Assembly: GCA_964345605.1 (NCBI GenBank)
Contig: CAYFSA010000001.1
Location: 14,521-78,520 of the forward strand
Length of the DNA: 64,000 bases
Direction: 5' to 3'
From: an uncultured Ectothiorhodospiraceae bacterium
GTDB lineage: Bacteria; Pseudomonadota; Gammaproteobacteria; CAYFSA01
Both the position numbers and the translations under genes were made by a program. Numbering within the stretch: the first letter of the stretch is position 1; each line of letters opens with the position of its first letter. Of this stretch, positions 1 to 10,768 are shown one piece after another. Below the pieces are notes generated by a model, which was not told the origin of the DNA, ran no database searches, and worked only from the letters and a program-made list of their open reading frames with translations.

Positions 1-1
1 G

Positions 2-154
2 GCCACTTATCCGGATTTATCGGCCCACCAAGTCTACATGAGCGGCCCGCCACCCATGATCAATGCGGCCAAACCGGCCTTTGCCGCGCATGGTCTGGCA
101 GACGACCAGCTATTTTATGATGCCTTCGAGGCGGCCGCTGACAATACCAGCTAA
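2..154 (+). CDS. C-terminal fragment of an FAD/NAD(P)-binding oxidoreductase (ferredoxin/flavin reductase type); 5' end lies outside the window
   Basis: Frame 2 reads ...VYMSGPPPMINAAKPAFAAHGLADDQLFYDAFEAAADNTS* and is open to the window edge. The MSGPPPM...G motif is typical of the NAD-binding C-terminus of Fre/FNR-like reductases. Confidence 0.4.
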   Translation, partial: ATYPDLSAHQVYMSGPPPMINAAKPAFAAHGLADDQLFYDAFEAAADNTS

Positions 155-1458
155 GGCTGCTGACCCGGCCGTTGCGCAACGCTTGACAGCGCGCTGACAG
201 GCACTGGCTGCTGCCCCGGCGATACCGGCACAGGCTGGGGCGTCAGCGATTGGCCGAGGGCGTAACCCAAGCCGGCCCGGAACATCTGCTGGGCACCTGC
301 ATCACCGATAGCCAGCAACACCTGACCGAGATACCAATACGTTTGCGGCGCCCGTTCTTGGGCAAGGCTTCGCTCCAGATAATCCCGCGCCCGCTCCCAC
401 ACGGCCGCGCGCATTGCGAGTCGCCCGGCACTTGCCAACAATTTGGGATCTTCGCCATGCTGCCCCAGCCAGCCATCGATTTCCTCCAGTAAGGCACGGG
501 GCTCGGCAACCTCGAGCTCCCCCAACAACGCCGCCAGACTCGGCTCGTCGGCCTGGGCCAGGCGTTGCCGGATAAACGCCAGGGCCTGGTCAGCGGCACC
601 CAAAGCCTGCAGATTTGCCGCGTAAGTGGCGGCCATCTCGGGTTGGGCCTGGACCGTCGGCGGCAATGCGTCCCAGGCTCTCACCAGGGCGTTGACATCG
701 CGCTGACTGACAGCCGAGCGCAGTTTGGCACGGGCGGCCTGCGCTTCCATATTGGCAAGCGCTTGTCCGGATAAGCTGGAGTAGGTCCGTAACATTGGCA
801 GCAGGGCCAGCAGGCGATGGCTGTCGCCCAGATGCTGATACAATTCCGCCAGCCGCTGCAGCACCAAGGAATGCTGAGGCGCGCGGCGATGCAGATGCTC
901 CAAGGTCGCCAAGGCTTGTTCCTGCTGGCCTTGCTCGAGCTGCAGTTCAGCCTGCACAAGGCCCACCGCAAGCTGGGCTTCGGGATAAACTTCAATTGCA
1001 CAGCGCAGGTACTCGTCGCGACGCTGCGGATAGCCCTGCGATTGCGCGGCCCGGGCCGCGCCCAAGTAACGCAAGACCGCTGCCGCCGGCCGCCCCGGCT
1101 CCGCAGTGCCCGGACCGACCTGCCGCGGGTTGCGCGTCAGTCTCGCCTCGGCATCGGCAAAGCGGCCCTCGGCCAGCGCCCAAAACCCTTCGATCACCTG
1201 TTCCACGGTTGCAGCTTCTTCCCGACGCCGGCGTTGCTTATGCAGCCGCGCCGGAAGCTGCCACAGCCAGATACCGAGCTGAGCCAGGATCAACGCGCCG
1301 CTAAACCCCAATGCCAGCATACCGATAAACGCCGGCATGGAGAGCTGAATGCTCAACTCGCGGAAGGTTAGCAACGCATAACCCGGCAACCCCAACACCC
1401 ATTGGGCCAGCACCGTGCCCAGCAACACGCCGGCAATCAGGACAAACGGCCAGGCCAT
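151..1458 (-). CDS. hemY: HemY-like TPR membrane protein (heme biosynthesis-associated)
   Basis: N-terminal double TM segment followed by TPR-like helical repeats. It is the last gene of a hemC-hemD-hemX-hemY run. Start chosen at the internal Met (MAWPFVLIAG...) that abuts the hemX stop; the ORF track's first Met is 27 nt upstream. Confidence 0.8.
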   Translation of the reverse strand: MAWPFVLIAGVLLGTVLAQWVLGLPGYALLTFRELSIQLSMPAFIGMLALGFSGALILAQLGIWLWQLPARLHKQRRRREEAATVEQVIEGFWALAEGRFADAEARLTRNPRQVGPGTAEPGRPAAAVLRYLGAARAAQSQGYPQRRDEYLRCAIEVYPEAQLAVGLVQAELQLEQGQQEQALATLEHLHRRAPQHSLVLQRLAELYQHLGDSHRLLALLPMLRTYSSLSGQALANMEAQAARAKLRSAVSQRDVNALVRAWDALPPTVQAQPEMAATYAANLQALGAADQALAFIRQRLAQADEPSLAALLGELEVAEPRALLEEIDGWLGQHGEDPKLLASAGRLAMRAAVWERARDYLERSLAQERAPQTYWYLGQVLLAIGDAGAQQMFRAGLGYALGQSLTPQPVPVSPGQQPVPVSALSSVAQRPGQQP

Positions 1459-2480
1459 CAATCTGTCTCGGTAGCGGCTGCCCACAGCATCGCCAACAGC
1501 TCTGCCATGTCGATGGGCTCCGGCGTCAGGTCGCTCTCCCGCAAGCGGGTCAATTGCGCGACTAACGGCTGCACACTCTGGGCATCGTAATACAGCAGCA
1601 GCCAGGCGAGCGCGGCATCGAGCTCATGGCGGTAATCGGCCTGATTACCCCGCAAAGCCGCCAAGCGAGCCAATTCCAAGCGCAAAATCAACATCTGTCG
1701 CACAAAGGCATCAGTAGCCGGGCTCGGCATTGCTTGGGCCGGTTGATCATGCCGACGGATTTGCAAATGCCGACCCAGACGCTCGGCCAACCGTTGCTGC
1801 AGGGCTTTATCAGGACGGGCTGACGGATTCGGAGCATCCGCCTGAGCCTGTTCCTTCTGCTGAGCCGGCGATTGCAGACGGGTATATTTGGGCGGTAAGG
1901 GACCCGGATCTCGCACCAGCCGCTCTAACACCTCGGCACTTTCGCGGCCGCCTCGATATTGACCGAGTCGCGCCGCTTCCTGCTGAATGCGCTGGCTAAG
2001 GGACTGCAGCTCAGGCGCCTCGGGCAAGACCTCGACCGCTGCATTCAAGGCTTGCGCGGCGCCCGCGGGATCGTTTAGCAATTCGAGCTGGCGCTCGCCA
2101 ACCCGCAGTAAATACTCAACTTCGGCCAGCCGGAACGCCCGCCGGCCCTCTCCGGCCCGCGCACGCTCCACGGCTCGATGCATTTCGGTCAGGCGCTGCG
2201 TTTGCTGATCCAGCCGAGTTGCCAGGCTTGCCAAGCGGTTTTGGCGGGCGGCCTCGGCTTGCTGCCAAGCGCTCTGCAGCGCCTGTTGACGGGTCTGCAG
2301 ATACCAGCCGCTGACGCCGATCACCAGCAGCAGGAAGCCACTTGCGCCCCAAACCCAGCGGCGACATACCTGCCGAGGCGCTTGACTGGAAGGGGTTAGC
2401 ACCGTCTGAAAAATACGCTCAACCAGGGGCACAGCCCGAACGGTTTGGGCGATGCGTTGCCCCAGCTCACGCCAATTCAT
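1458..2480 (-). CDS. hemX: HemX-like membrane protein (putative uroporphyrinogen-III C-methyltransferase HemX family)
   Basis: Single TM segment (WGASGFLLLVIGVSGWYL) followed by a Q/A/R-rich coiled-coil region, typical of HemX. Start set at MNWRELGQRIA, where the ATG at 2480 overlaps the hemD stop; the longer track ORF overlaps hemD by 125 nt. Confidence 0.75.
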   Translation of the reverse strand: MNWRELGQRIAQTVRAVPLVERIFQTVLTPSSQAPRQVCRRWVWGASGFLLLVIGVSGWYLQTRQQALQSAWQQAEAARQNRLASLATRLDQQTQRLTEMHRAVERARAGEGRRAFRLAEVEYLLRVGERQLELLNDPAGAAQALNAAVEVLPEAPELQSLSQRIQQEAARLGQYRGGRESAEVLERLVRDPGPLPPKYTRLQSPAQQKEQAQADAPNPSARPDKALQQRLAERLGRHLQIRRHDQPAQAMPSPATDAFVRQMLILRLELARLAALRGNQADYRHELDAALAWLLLYYDAQSVQPLVAQLTRLRESDLTPEPIDMAELLAMLWAAATETD

Positions 2481-2484
2481 AAGC

Positions 2485-3288
2485 TTAATTGCACCGAGCT
2501 TGCCGCCATTGCAGCAGGGCCGCCAGCATGGCCTCATCACTCGGGTCATGGGCCACGGCGACGGTATTTTGCCAACCCGCATGCCGAGCCGCAGCCGCCA
2601 TGCGTTCACTGCCGACCAGCAAGGGCAAGCGCCGCAGCCATGGCCAACCCGCCTCGCCCCACAGGGCGATCAGGTTATGCAGGGCGTCGACGCTGGTCAC
2701 GGTCAGCAGGTCCAAGCCTCCCTCCCGACTGCGCTGCAGCCAGGGATCCAGGTCGACGTGCGGCATCCCGCGGCGATACAAATTGGCTTGGGTCACCCGC
2801 GCCCCCCGCGCGATCAGGGTCTCCTCAAGCAGCTCGCGGCCTCCCTCGCCCTTGCACAATACGACCTGCTGGCCCTGCACATGGTGCAGCGCTGCCAGCG
2901 CCAGTAAGCCTTCGCTGTCATAGCGGGTGGCAGGCTGCACGGTCGGCGGCAGGCCCGCCGCTGTCAGGGCTTGAGCGGTTTTGTTGCCGACCGCGGCAAT
3001 CGCCGGAGTGCGGCTGGCCGTAACCGGGTCCTGGTCCCTGGCCTGAAACCAGTGCATTGCTTCGGTAACCGCGGTCGGACTAATGAAAACCGCCAGATCA
3101 TAGTCGGCCCACGCCTGCATGCTGGCATCGCGCGCCCCGGGATCGGTGGGCGGCAGAATGGCCAACACCGGCAATTGCAAGGGCACCGCGCCTTGTTGTT
3201 GCAGCAACTCACAAAAACCGGCGGCACGCTCGGCCGGCCGCGTCACTAACACGCGCAATCCGGCCAGAGGCAGGGTTTGCTCCGACAA
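2485..3288 (-). CDS. hemD: uroporphyrinogen-III synthase
   Basis: 267 aa. MSEQTLPLAGLRVLVTRPAERAAG... matches the HemD N-terminus. It sits immediately downstream of hemC with a 3-nt gap. Confidence 0.85.
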   Translation of the reverse strand: MSEQTLPLAGLRVLVTRPAERAAGFCELLQQQGAVPLQLPVLAILPPTDPGARDASMQAWADYDLAVFISPTAVTEAMHWFQARDQDPVTASRTPAIAAVGNKTAQALTAAGLPPTVQPATRYDSEGLLALAALHHVQGQQVVLCKGEGGRELLEETLIARGARVTQANLYRRGMPHVDLDPWLQRSREGGLDLLTVTSVDALHNLIALWGEAGWPWLRRLPLLVGSERMAAAARHAGWQNTVAVAHDPSDEAMLAALLQWRQARCN

Positions 3289-3290
3289 GG

Positions 3291-4232
3291 CTACGCCTCG
3301 TCGTCGATCAAACCGAGCTCGGCAAGGATTTTGCCAGCCCCTTGCGCCAGCAAGTCATCAGCAACCCGATGACCCAGGGCTTCGGCCTCGGCCTGCGGCG
3401 CCCGGCCTTCGGCATGGTGAACGGGCTGGCCGGCGGGATGACCGACCAGGGCCCGCAAATAGAGTTCGCCGCCTTCCAAGGTGGCATAGCCAGCGATAGG
3501 CACCTGGCAGCCACCTTGCAAGCGGCGATTCATCGCCCGCTCGGCGCTGATGCAGTAATAAGTCTCGCTATCATGCAGCGGCGCGATCAAGGTTTCGATC
3601 TCGGGATCATTGCGCCGGCATTCGATCCCCAGCACCCCTTGGCCGATGGCTGGCAAGCTGTCGGCCGGCGAAATACGGTCGGTAATCCGTTCGGCCAGAT
3701 CAGCCCGCTCCAAGCCTGCCGTCGCCAAGACGATGGCGTCATAGACACCCTCGTCCAGCTTGCGCAGGCGGGTATGGATATTGCCTCGCAGATCGATGAC
3801 CTCAAGCCCCGGATAGCGCGCCCGAATCTGGCATTGCCGCCGTAAGCTGGATGAGCCCAGCCGGGCGCCGTCCGGCAGCTCCTGCAGATGCTTATAGGTA
3901 TTGGAAACGAAGGCATCCCGCGGATCATGCCGGGGCAATACCACCGGCAACTGCAATTTTTCGGTGATTTGTACCGGCACATCCTTGAGCGAATGCACGG
4001 CAATATCGGCCTCGCCGTTCAGCAGGCCTTGCTCCAGCTCTTTGACAAACAAGCCTTTGCCACCCACCTTGGCCAAAGGACTGTCGAGGAGCTGATCACC
4101 CTTGGTGGTCATTTTGCATAGCTCGACTTCCAGACCCGGATGCAGGGCCTGCAGACGGGCAGCAACGAATTCAGTCTGCACCACGGCCAACACACTCTGC
4201 CGGGTAGCGATACGCAGGGGACGATCAATCAT
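3291..4232 (-). CDS. hemC: hydroxymethylbilane synthase (porphobilinogen deaminase)
   Basis: 313 aa. [23 protein letters not shown]...[11 protein letters not shown] and the later dipyrromethane cofactor region are characteristic of HemC. Confidence 0.9.
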   Translation of the reverse strand: MIDRPLRIATRQSVLAVVQTEFVAARLQALHPGLEVELCKMTTKGDQLLDSPLAKVGGKGLFVKELEQGLLNGEADIAVHSLKDVPVQITEKLQLPVVLPRHDPRDAFVSNTYKHLQELPDGARLGSSSLRRQCQIRARYPGLEVIDLRGNIHTRLRKLDEGVYDAIVLATAGLERADLAERITDRISPADSLPAIGQGVLGIECRRNDPEIETLIAPLHDSETYYCISAERAMNRRLQGGCQVPIAGYATLEGGELYLRALVGHPAGQPVHHAEGRAPQAEAEALGHRVADDLLAQGAGKILAELGLIDDEA

Positions 4233-4422
4233 AAGCTTGGGCCTGACTCAAATGCTGAAAAACGGACATGGCGTGCCGCCTGGTGCAGCACGGCTCAGGT
4301 ATCGATCAAACGCCGCAGTATAACCCTCGAGGCCATACTGCGGAACCAGATGAACCGATAACACTAGACAAAAACCAGCCACCTGTCACCGGCGCTTATG
4401 CCATAATGCTGGATAAGCTTGT

Positions 4423-5301
4423 ATGAGCAGGAGATCAATTATCTTGAATAGCCGTGTGGGGTTGCTGATTGTCGTTGCCATGATTTTGGTCTACACAAGC
4501 CATGACCGACCGGCTGTAGCGGCCCCGCCTACCGAGCCGTCTGCCACGACAGAGCTGCTGCCCCCGCATTACCCGCAGGAAAGGGTTTTCGTGGATACCC
4601 AAAAGCTGCCCTGGCGGGCCATTGGCCGGGTCAACATGCTCGGCGGCCGGCGTTACTGCACGGGAATCCTGATTGGGGATCAGTATGCTTTGACCGCAGC
4701 GCATTGCGTGGCCGCGCTGCGCGAGCATCCCCGAGAAATCCACTTCCTCGCCGGTTTTCAACGCGATAACTATCGTGCCCACGCCCAAGCCGAAACCGTC
4801 ATCCTGTCTCCCGCTTACGCCCAAACTGACAGCAAGCGACAGCGGTTTGTCCACGACTGGGCGCTGCTTGAGCTCACCGCCCCTATCGGTCGCGAGATCG
4901 GCCATATTTCCTGGATCCCATTCGGCTTGGCAGACTTCACCAAAATCAAGCACTCAGGCTCGTTCATCGTCGCTGGTTATCGCAGTGATCGGCCTTATGT
5001 GCAAACCGCGGATCAACATTGTCGTATAATTGGCTTCACCGCCACCAGGCGCCTTTTTTATCATGGCTGTCCGCTGCGTACCGGGGATTCCGGCGGGCCA
5101 ATTCTCTGGCAGCAGAACGATGATCGCTATTTGTTGGTGGGTCTGTCGGTCGGCGGACTTATTGAGCCGCGCTCTATATCCCCTATGCAACTCAATACAC
5201 CGAATCTTAAAGTCGGCTATGCCATTCCTCTCGGGCGTCTGCAGACGACGTTTGCTACGCTAGACTTACAGCCAGCAATTATAGATTCCCATAATCATTG
5301 A
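4423..5301 (+). CDS. secreted trypsin-like (S1 family, glutamyl-endopeptidase-like) serine protease
   Basis: N-terminal signal/anchor segment. Catalytic motifs TAAHC (His) and GDSGGP (Ser) are present. Transcribed divergently from hemC. Confidence 0.8.
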   Translation: MSRRSIILNSRVGLLIVVAMILVYTSHDRPAVAAPPTEPSATTELLPPHYPQERVFVDTQKLPWRAIGRVNMLGGRRYCTGILIGDQYALTAAHCVAALREHPREIHFLAGFQRDNYRAHAQAETVILSPAYAQTDSKRQRFVHDWALLELTAPIGREIGHISWIPFGLADFTKIKHSGSFIVAGYRSDRPYVQTADQHCRIIGFTATRRLFYHGCPLRTGDSGGPILWQQNDDRYLLVGLSVGGLIEPRSISPMQLNTPNLKVGYAIPLGRLQTTFATLDLQPAIIDSHNH

Positions 5302-5346
5302 TGCCCTTCGTTTTCTGATACCGCTTCAGCAAAAAAGGCCGATTTC

Positions 5347-7227
5347 ATGTTTAAGTTTTCATCACTGTTGCGCTTTTGCTTAGTGCTGCTGGTTTGCCTG
5401 CTTGGCAGCGGCCAGGCCGGCCTTGCAGACGATACGTCCGCGCTAACCTATCTCAACCAACTGCGCGCGCAGGTCGCGATGCTGCCTTTCAGTCATCACG
5501 AGCAGTTGCAGCAAGCAGCGGCCAATCATGCTCAATATCTCACCTTGAACAATCTTACCGGTCATGACGAGCAAGCCGGCCGGTCGGGATTTACCGGCAC
5601 GGGGCCGGGCGAACGGGCCGTGGCAGTTGGCTACCCGAGCCGGCAGGTTAGCGAGAATATCTCCTATGGCGACAGCGATTATCGCCAATCTGTGGATGGT
5701 TTGATGTCAGCGATCTACCATCGCCACGGCTTTTTGGCTTTTGACCGAGACGAGATTGGCTTTGCCCGCTCAAGCTATCCCGATAACCGCCAGGCCTGGG
5801 TCTACAACATGGGCAATTCTTATGTGCGGGCTTTATGCAGCGGCGATGCTTTCACGGGCACAGGCCGATATTATATTGGGATATGCGAACCGGATATACG
5901 GCTCGCTGCAGCCGTCTATGAACAGGCTTTGGCGCAGCTCCCTGCAGCCAATCCCGAGTTAGTCGTCTGGCCACCGATCAATGGCACTGATATACCCCCA
6001 GCCTTTTTTGAGGAATCTCCTGATCCCCTGCCTGATTTCTCCGTCTCGGGCTATCCAATCTCCGTATTGTTCAATCCGGATGCTGTCACCACCGCCGGGG
6101 TCAGTCGCTTTACCCTCTACCGTCTGCCGGACGAGCACGAACTCGAAAACACGCGTGAACTCAACGAGTTCACCGATCCCAACCAGCGATTTAATAACTT
6201 ACAATACGCTCTGTTTCCTCTGGAACGCTTGGCATGGCATACGCGTTACCGTGTCGAGATCGACTACACCCAGGACGGCATTCCCTATACCAAACAATGG
6301 ACTTTCACCACCCGTGATTTGGGCATACCGGTCCACACTATTACCACGGGTGACACGCTCGAAGTGGTCGCCGGAGGGCGTTTTGCCGTATACATCCGAC
6401 CCAGCGACGCCTACCCAACGTTGTCGGCCGGGGGTGGCATAAGCTGGCGGTATCCCAGGGGGATGACGATCGACAGTGAATTTATCGATAGCAACACGGT
6501 TCAGCTAACCGTTGATGGTGCTGTCGGCGATGCGGCGGTATTTACTTACAATGACAGTTCCTCCTTTACCATTCGCCTGACAGAGCATGCCAATCAAGCT
6601 CCTAGCGCTGATGCGGGCGCTGACCAAGCAGTTACTGCCGGCGAGCTCGTCACCTTAACCGGTACTGGCAGCGATCCTGAGCAAGACCCGCTGACCTATG
6701 AATGGCAACAACTTGGCGAGCAAACGGTTGAAATCGTACCGGATGGCGCCAGCATACAATTCACCGCGCCGGGGGTAGCCACAGCTACGCCGTTCAATTT
6801 TGAATTGACGGTGAGTGATCCGCATGGCGCAAGTGACAGTGACCAAGTCACCCTAACAATCAGCCCGTCTGTCCTGCCTGCGGATATCGATGGCAACGGT
6901 TTGGTTGAGGAGATGGACGCGTTGATGCTCCTGCGCCATTTATTCGGTTTTCGCGGCGTTGCCCTCACTCAAGGCCTTGTCGATAGCGCCAACTGCCGAC
7001 GCTGTGACGCCATGGCCATCACCGCTTATCTCCAGGAGCAGCAAGCACGCTACGATATTGACAATAACGGCCAAGTTACCGCCCTGAGCGATGGCCTTAT
7101 ACTGTTGCGTTATTTGCGCGGTTATGAAGGTAGTGATCTCATTGCACAGGTAATCGATCAACAGGATTGCCGTCGTTGTGATACTGCCTCGGTGCAAACA
7201 TATATCGCTACGGAACTGGTACGTTGA
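5347..7227 (+). CDS. secreted multidomain protein: CAP (SCP/PR-1, YkwD-like) domain + PKD-like domain + two dockerin-like Ca-binding repeats
   Basis: Signal peptide MFKFSSLLRFCLVLLVCLLGSGQA. CAP-type motifs (LNQLRAQ..., HAQYL, SENISYG, HRHG). PKD-like ANQAPSADAGADQAVTAGELVTLTGTGSDPEQDPLTYEWQ. Two C-terminal repeats, DIDGNGLVEEMDALMLLRHL...CRRCD and DIDNNGQVTALSDGLILLRYL...CRRCD. Confidence 0.65.
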   Translation: MFKFSSLLRFCLVLLVCLLGSGQAGLADDTSALTYLNQLRAQVAMLPFSHHEQLQQAAANHAQYLTLNNLTGHDEQAGRSGFTGTGPGERAVAVGYPSRQVSENISYGDSDYRQSVDGLMSAIYHRHGFLAFDRDEIGFARSSYPDNRQAWVYNMGNSYVRALCSGDAFTGTGRYYIGICEPDIRLAAAVYEQALAQLPAANPELVVWPPINGTDIPPAFFEESPDPLPDFSVSGYPISVLFNPDAVTTAGVSRFTLYRLPDEHELENTRELNEFTDPNQRFNNLQYALFPLERLAWHTRYRVEIDYTQDGIPYTKQWTFTTRDLGIPVHTITTGDTLEVVAGGRFAVYIRPSDAYPTLSAGGGISWRYPRGMTIDSEFIDSNTVQLTVDGAVGDAAVFTYNDSSSFTIRLTEHANQAPSADAGADQAVTAGELVTLTGTGSDPEQDPLTYEWQQLGEQTVEIVPDGASIQFTAPGVATATPFNFELTVSDPHGASDSDQVTLTISPSVLPADIDGNGLVEEMDALMLLRHLFGFRGVALTQGLVDSANCRRCDAMAITAYLQEQQARYDIDNNGQVTALSDGLILLRYLRGYEGSDLIAQVIDQQDCRRCDTASVQTYIATELVR

Positions 7228-7314
7228 CTTGTCCAAGCAGCCGCCGCAGGCCCTCAAAGCAGCTATTTTCACCCTGATTAATCGCCACTTCATTTAGGAT
7301 GCGGAATGACAGGG

Positions 7315-8049
7315 CTATAAAGCCCGCACCAGCCGGCGGACTTCGGACGCATGGCGGCGGCTGACCTCAAGCTGCTCGACGATATCCTTTATCTGCACAC
7401 GCAGCCGACCATCGTTGCCGCGCTTGAGACCTGCCAGTGAGGCTATGGTTACCAGGGCATTGCGATGAATACGAATAAACGTCCCCGGGAAATTGGCCTC
7501 GAGCGTTTTCAAGGAATCCTCGATCAGAACTTCCCCGTCTTTATAGCGAACCGTGACGTATTTCTGCTCGGCCTGGCAGTAATACACTTGCTCGATCGGA
7601 ATCAAACGCAAAGCGCCGCGCTCGGTCGCACAAATATACGTATGCGCCTTGCTCGGCGACTGCTCGGCCCGCAAGCCTTCGAGCTGGGCCAGATTCGGGC
7701 GGCTAGCGCTGGTCAGGGCCTGTTCCAGTTCCTGCTGGCGTACGGGCTTGACCAGGTAGCCCATGGCATGCAGGGCAAAGGCCTCCAAGGCATGATCCGA
7801 ATAGGCGGTCACAAAGATGACCGCCGGTGCCGGCCGTAAGCGCAGGAAATATTGGGCGGCCTCCATGCCGTCCATGCCGGGCATGCGGATGTCGAGCAGG
7901 ACGATTTCAGGACGCTCGACTTGGCAATGCTCCAACGCTTCGACCCCATTGGTCGCCAAGGCACAAACCTCAAAGCCCTCGATCGCTTCCACCATGCTTG
8001 CCAGACGCTCCAGCGCTGGCTGCTCGTCATCGACCACAAGCACCTTCAT
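7315..8049 (-). CDS. LytTR-family two-component response regulator (AlgR-like)
   Basis: Receiver domain MKVLVVDDEQPALERL...DIRMPGMDGME plus a C-terminal LytTR DNA-binding domain. Paired with the downstream histidine kinase. The argH-kinase-regulator arrangement mirrors argH-fimS-algR of Pseudomonas. Confidence 0.85.
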   Translation of the reverse strand: MKVLVVDDEQPALERLASMVEAIEGFEVCALATNGVEALEHCQVERPEIVLLDIRMPGMDGMEAAQYFLRLRPAPAVIFVTAYSDHALEAFALHAMGYLVKPVRQQELEQALTSASRPNLAQLEGLRAEQSPSKAHTYICATERGALRLIPIEQVYYCQAEQKYVTVRYKDGEVLIEDSLKTLEANFPGTFIRIHRNALVTIASLAGLKRGNDGRLRVQIKDIVEQLEVSRRHASEVRRLVRAL

Positions 8050-8120
8050 GGCATTCCCCTTTGTTCATTGGCCCTGCGGACCAATCGATCTGGTTCCCCC
8101 GGGCCATTTATCGGTCGCAT

Positions 8121-9230
8121 TCAGGTGCCGGTATTACGCCAGCGAATCGTGAATTCAACTCGATAATGAGCCTGGGTTTGCGAAATTTTCAGGGGATCGG
8201 TATCGCCGTAAGCAAGCGTCAAGCGTTCCCGTACATTATCCTGGGCAATCTGGCTGCCACGCTTACTTCCCAAACGCTTTGCACCAGGCAATGGGTTGGT
8301 GACGGCAATCGCCACACCGGCGTTTTCGCACCTCACCTCCACGGTAACAGTGCCCCCCCCAGTCGCCGGCTCGATGCCATGGTAAATAGCATTCTCGACC
8401 AACGGTTGCAAAATCAACGCCGGCACCTCGATCGCCAGGGGTACCTCCGGATCCTCACGCCAATCCACGGTCAACCGCTGACCCAGGCGCAATGACTCGA
8501 TGTTCAAATAGCGCCGGGTTATGTCCAGTTCATTGGCCAATTTGACGTGATCTTGCTGCGCCAGCGCCACGCGAAACAGATCCGCCAAATCTTCCACCGC
8601 CTGCTCGGCCCACTGTGGTGAGCTGCGCGTCAAGCTCGCGATGGTATTCATCGAATTGAACAAAAAATGCGGCCGAATCCGGGCCTGGAGGGCCTCAATA
8701 CGCATCTGGGCCGCGGTTTTGAGCGGTTGCCGGGCGCGCTGATAGACCGCGAGCAAATAGCCGGCAAGCAAGGCTACCAACATGGCGACGGCCAGATTAC
8801 GTAGGACGAAACCTAGTTCATTGGCCACCGCCCCGGCAGTGCTTGGCCCAAACGGCCAGGCCAGCACAATGACCGAGCCCAGGATCGTTACCGCAGCTAC
8901 ACAAACCAGGCCGACCGCATAGGTATAACCGGGACGCAGCTGGTTGACATAGCCTCGCAGCAGACATAGCAAACCAACCACGATCCAGGTTACCACTTGC
9001 ACGAAAGCCGAGACGGCCAGCCCGTGTGCCAGCCAGTTCGCCGTTGTCACACCGGGCGCCAAGACCAGCAGCAAGGCCAGGACTTCAGCTAACAGCAGGA
9101 TCATCAGCCCATGTCGCCACCGGCAAGCAATGGCATGCCAACGCTTGTCCGAACGCTCATCTTTAACCATGAGGTCTACCTTGCTCCCTTGCTTGCCCGA
9201 TTCCGGAAACGCACAGACAAAATGATACAC
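8121..9230 (-). CDS. LytS/AlgZ(FimS)-type sensor histidine kinase (non-canonical His_kinase/HATPase)
   Basis: Multiple N-terminal TM helices, then a LytS-type His-kinase region ([15 protein letters not shown]) and an ATPase region. Start uncertain (9230 or 9170). Divergent from argH. Confidence 0.75.
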   Translation of the reverse strand: MYHFVCAFPESGKQGSKVDLMVKDERSDKRWHAIACRWRHGLMILLLAEVLALLLVLAPGVTTANWLAHGLAVSAFVQVVTWIVVGLLCLLRGYVNQLRPGYTYAVGLVCVAAVTILGSVIVLAWPFGPSTAGAVANELGFVLRNLAVAMLVALLAGYLLAVYQRARQPLKTAAQMRIEALQARIRPHFLFNSMNTIASLTRSSPQWAEQAVEDLADLFRVALAQQDHVKLANELDITRRYLNIESLRLGQRLTVDWREDPEVPLAIEVPALILQPLVENAIYHGIEPATGGGTVTVEVRCENAGVAIAVTNPLPGAKRLGSKRGSQIAQDNVRERLTLAYGDTDPLKISQTQAHYRVEFTIRWRNTGT

Positions 9231-9266
9231 TGGCGATTTGCCAGTCGTGTACAGGTTTCAATAGTC

Positions 9267-10664
9267 ATGAGCAACCAAGCCAACAAATCCTGGGGAGGGC
9301 GTTTCGCCGAGCCCACCGACGCCTTTGTGGAAGCCTTTACCGCCTCTATCGGCTTCGATCATCGCCTGGCCCAGCTAGACTTGGCCGGCTCCCGCGCCCA
9401 CGCCCGGATGCTGATGCAAACGGGTATTCTGGGCCAGGCCGACGGCGAGCTCATTCTGACAGGCCTCGATGCCCTGGAACAGGACTTAGCCGCCGGCAAG
9501 CTCAGCTGGTCGGTGGCCGCGGAAGATATTCACATGAATCTGGAAGCCCAGCTCATCGACCGCATCGGCGAAGCGGGCAAACGGCTGCACACGGCACGCT
9601 CGCGCAATGACCAAGTCGCCACCGACCTGCGCCTGTATACCCGCGAGGCCATCGATCATCTGGAAACCGAGCTGCGCCGCCTGCAAACCGGCCTTTTGGA
9701 TCTCGCCGATGCTGAGGCCGAGACTATCATGCCGGGCTTTACCCATTTGCAGGCCGCCCAACCCGTCACCTTCGGGCATCACATGCTGGCCTGGCTGGAA
9801 ATGCTCGAGCGTGACCGTGAACGCCTGCTGGATGCCCGCAAACGGGTCAACACCCTACCCCTCGGCGCGGCCGCCCTGGCCGGCACCGGCTTTCCCATCG
9901 ACCGCCAGTACACCACTGAGCTATTAGGTTTCGAGCGGCCGGCGGCGAATTCCCTGGATGCCGTCAGCGATCGCGATTTCGCCCTAGAAGTCAATGCCGC
10001 GGGCGCCATCCTAATGGTGCATTTATCGCGTTTCGCCGAGGAATTGATTCTCTGGAATGCCACCCCATTCGGCTTCGTGCAATTACCCGATCGCTTCTGC
10101 ACCGGGTCTTCCATCATGCCGCAAAAGAAAAACCCCGATGTCCCGGAACTGATCCGTGGCAAAGCCGGCCGGGTCTTCGGCCATCTCATGGGCCTGCTGA
10201 CTCTGATGAAGGCCCAGCCGCTGGCCTATAACAAGGACAATCAGGAGGACAAGGAACCCCTGTTCGATACCCTCGACACCCTCACCGACAGCCTGCGGGC
10301 TTTTGCCGATCTTATCCCGCACTTGCGCGTCGACCGCGAGCGCATGCACGCAGCCGCCCGCGCTGGTTATGCCACGGCCACCGACCTGGCCGATTATCTG
10401 GTACGCAAAGGCATGGCCTTTCGCGATGCCCATGCCGCCGTCGGCCAGGCCGTGCAGCACGGCCTGGCGCAGGGCCTGGACCTCGCCGAGATGGACTTAC
10501 AAACCTTGCAAGGCTTCGCGGCCTGTATCGAAGCCGATGTCTATGACATATTAACGGTGGAGGGCTCGGTGGCCAGCCGTGACCATGTCGGCGGCACCGC
10601 GCCGGCGCAAGTGCGCCGGCAAATTGAGTATCATCGCAAGCGCCTGGCAAGGTTGGCGCAATGA
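9267..10664 (+). CDS. argH: argininosuccinate lyase
   Basis: [28 protein letters not shown]... and fumarate-lyase signatures. Start reassigned to the ATG at 9267; the ORF-track Met is 156 nt upstream and overlaps the kinase gene. Confidence 0.95.
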   Translation: MSNQANKSWGGRFAEPTDAFVEAFTASIGFDHRLAQLDLAGSRAHARMLMQTGILGQADGELILTGLDALEQDLAAGKLSWSVAAEDIHMNLEAQLIDRIGEAGKRLHTARSRNDQVATDLRLYTREAIDHLETELRRLQTGLLDLADAEAETIMPGFTHLQAAQPVTFGHHMLAWLEMLERDRERLLDARKRVNTLPLGAAALAGTGFPIDRQYTTELLGFERPAANSLDAVSDRDFALEVNAAGAILMVHLSRFAEELILWNATPFGFVQLPDRFCTGSSIMPQKKNPDVPELIRGKAGRVFGHLMGLLTLMKAQPLAYNKDNQEDKEPLFDTLDTLTDSLRAFADLIPHLRVDRERMHAAARAGYATATDLADYLVRKGMAFRDAHAAVGQAVQHGLAQGLDLAEMDLQTLQGFAACIEADVYDILTVEGSVASRDHVGGTAPAQVRRQIEYHRKRLARLAQ

Positions 10665-10700
10665 CTTGGCATTGCCATGCTTATTGGGTGATTCTAACGC

Positions 10701-10768
10701 AATGGGCGGGCTGAAGCCCGCCCTACTAGTTGGCGACCGACCGGTCGACTCTACTCACTCTCGCATCG
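10701..10768. repeat. hairpin-containing repeat A (GGGCGGGCTGAAGCCCGCCC-TACTAG-TGG... second palindrome ...CTACTC.CTCTCG); imperfect direct copy of repeat B at 14199..14273
   Basis: A 14-mer, gcccgccctactag, is identical to one at 14211..14224. Flanking similarity extends the match to ~70 bp. Contains a perfect 8-bp GC stem with a 4-nt loop. Confidence 0.6.

Noticed and set aside
9111-9266. Extended N-termini given by the ORF track for argH (also for hpf 43387..43485, ptsN 43056..43163, hemX 2481..2609, mpl 51288..51495, NSS transporter 37730..37783)
   Set aside because: These extensions overlap neighbouring genes or lack homology. Internal ATGs that match the family N-termini and sit at tidy intergenic spacing were used instead.
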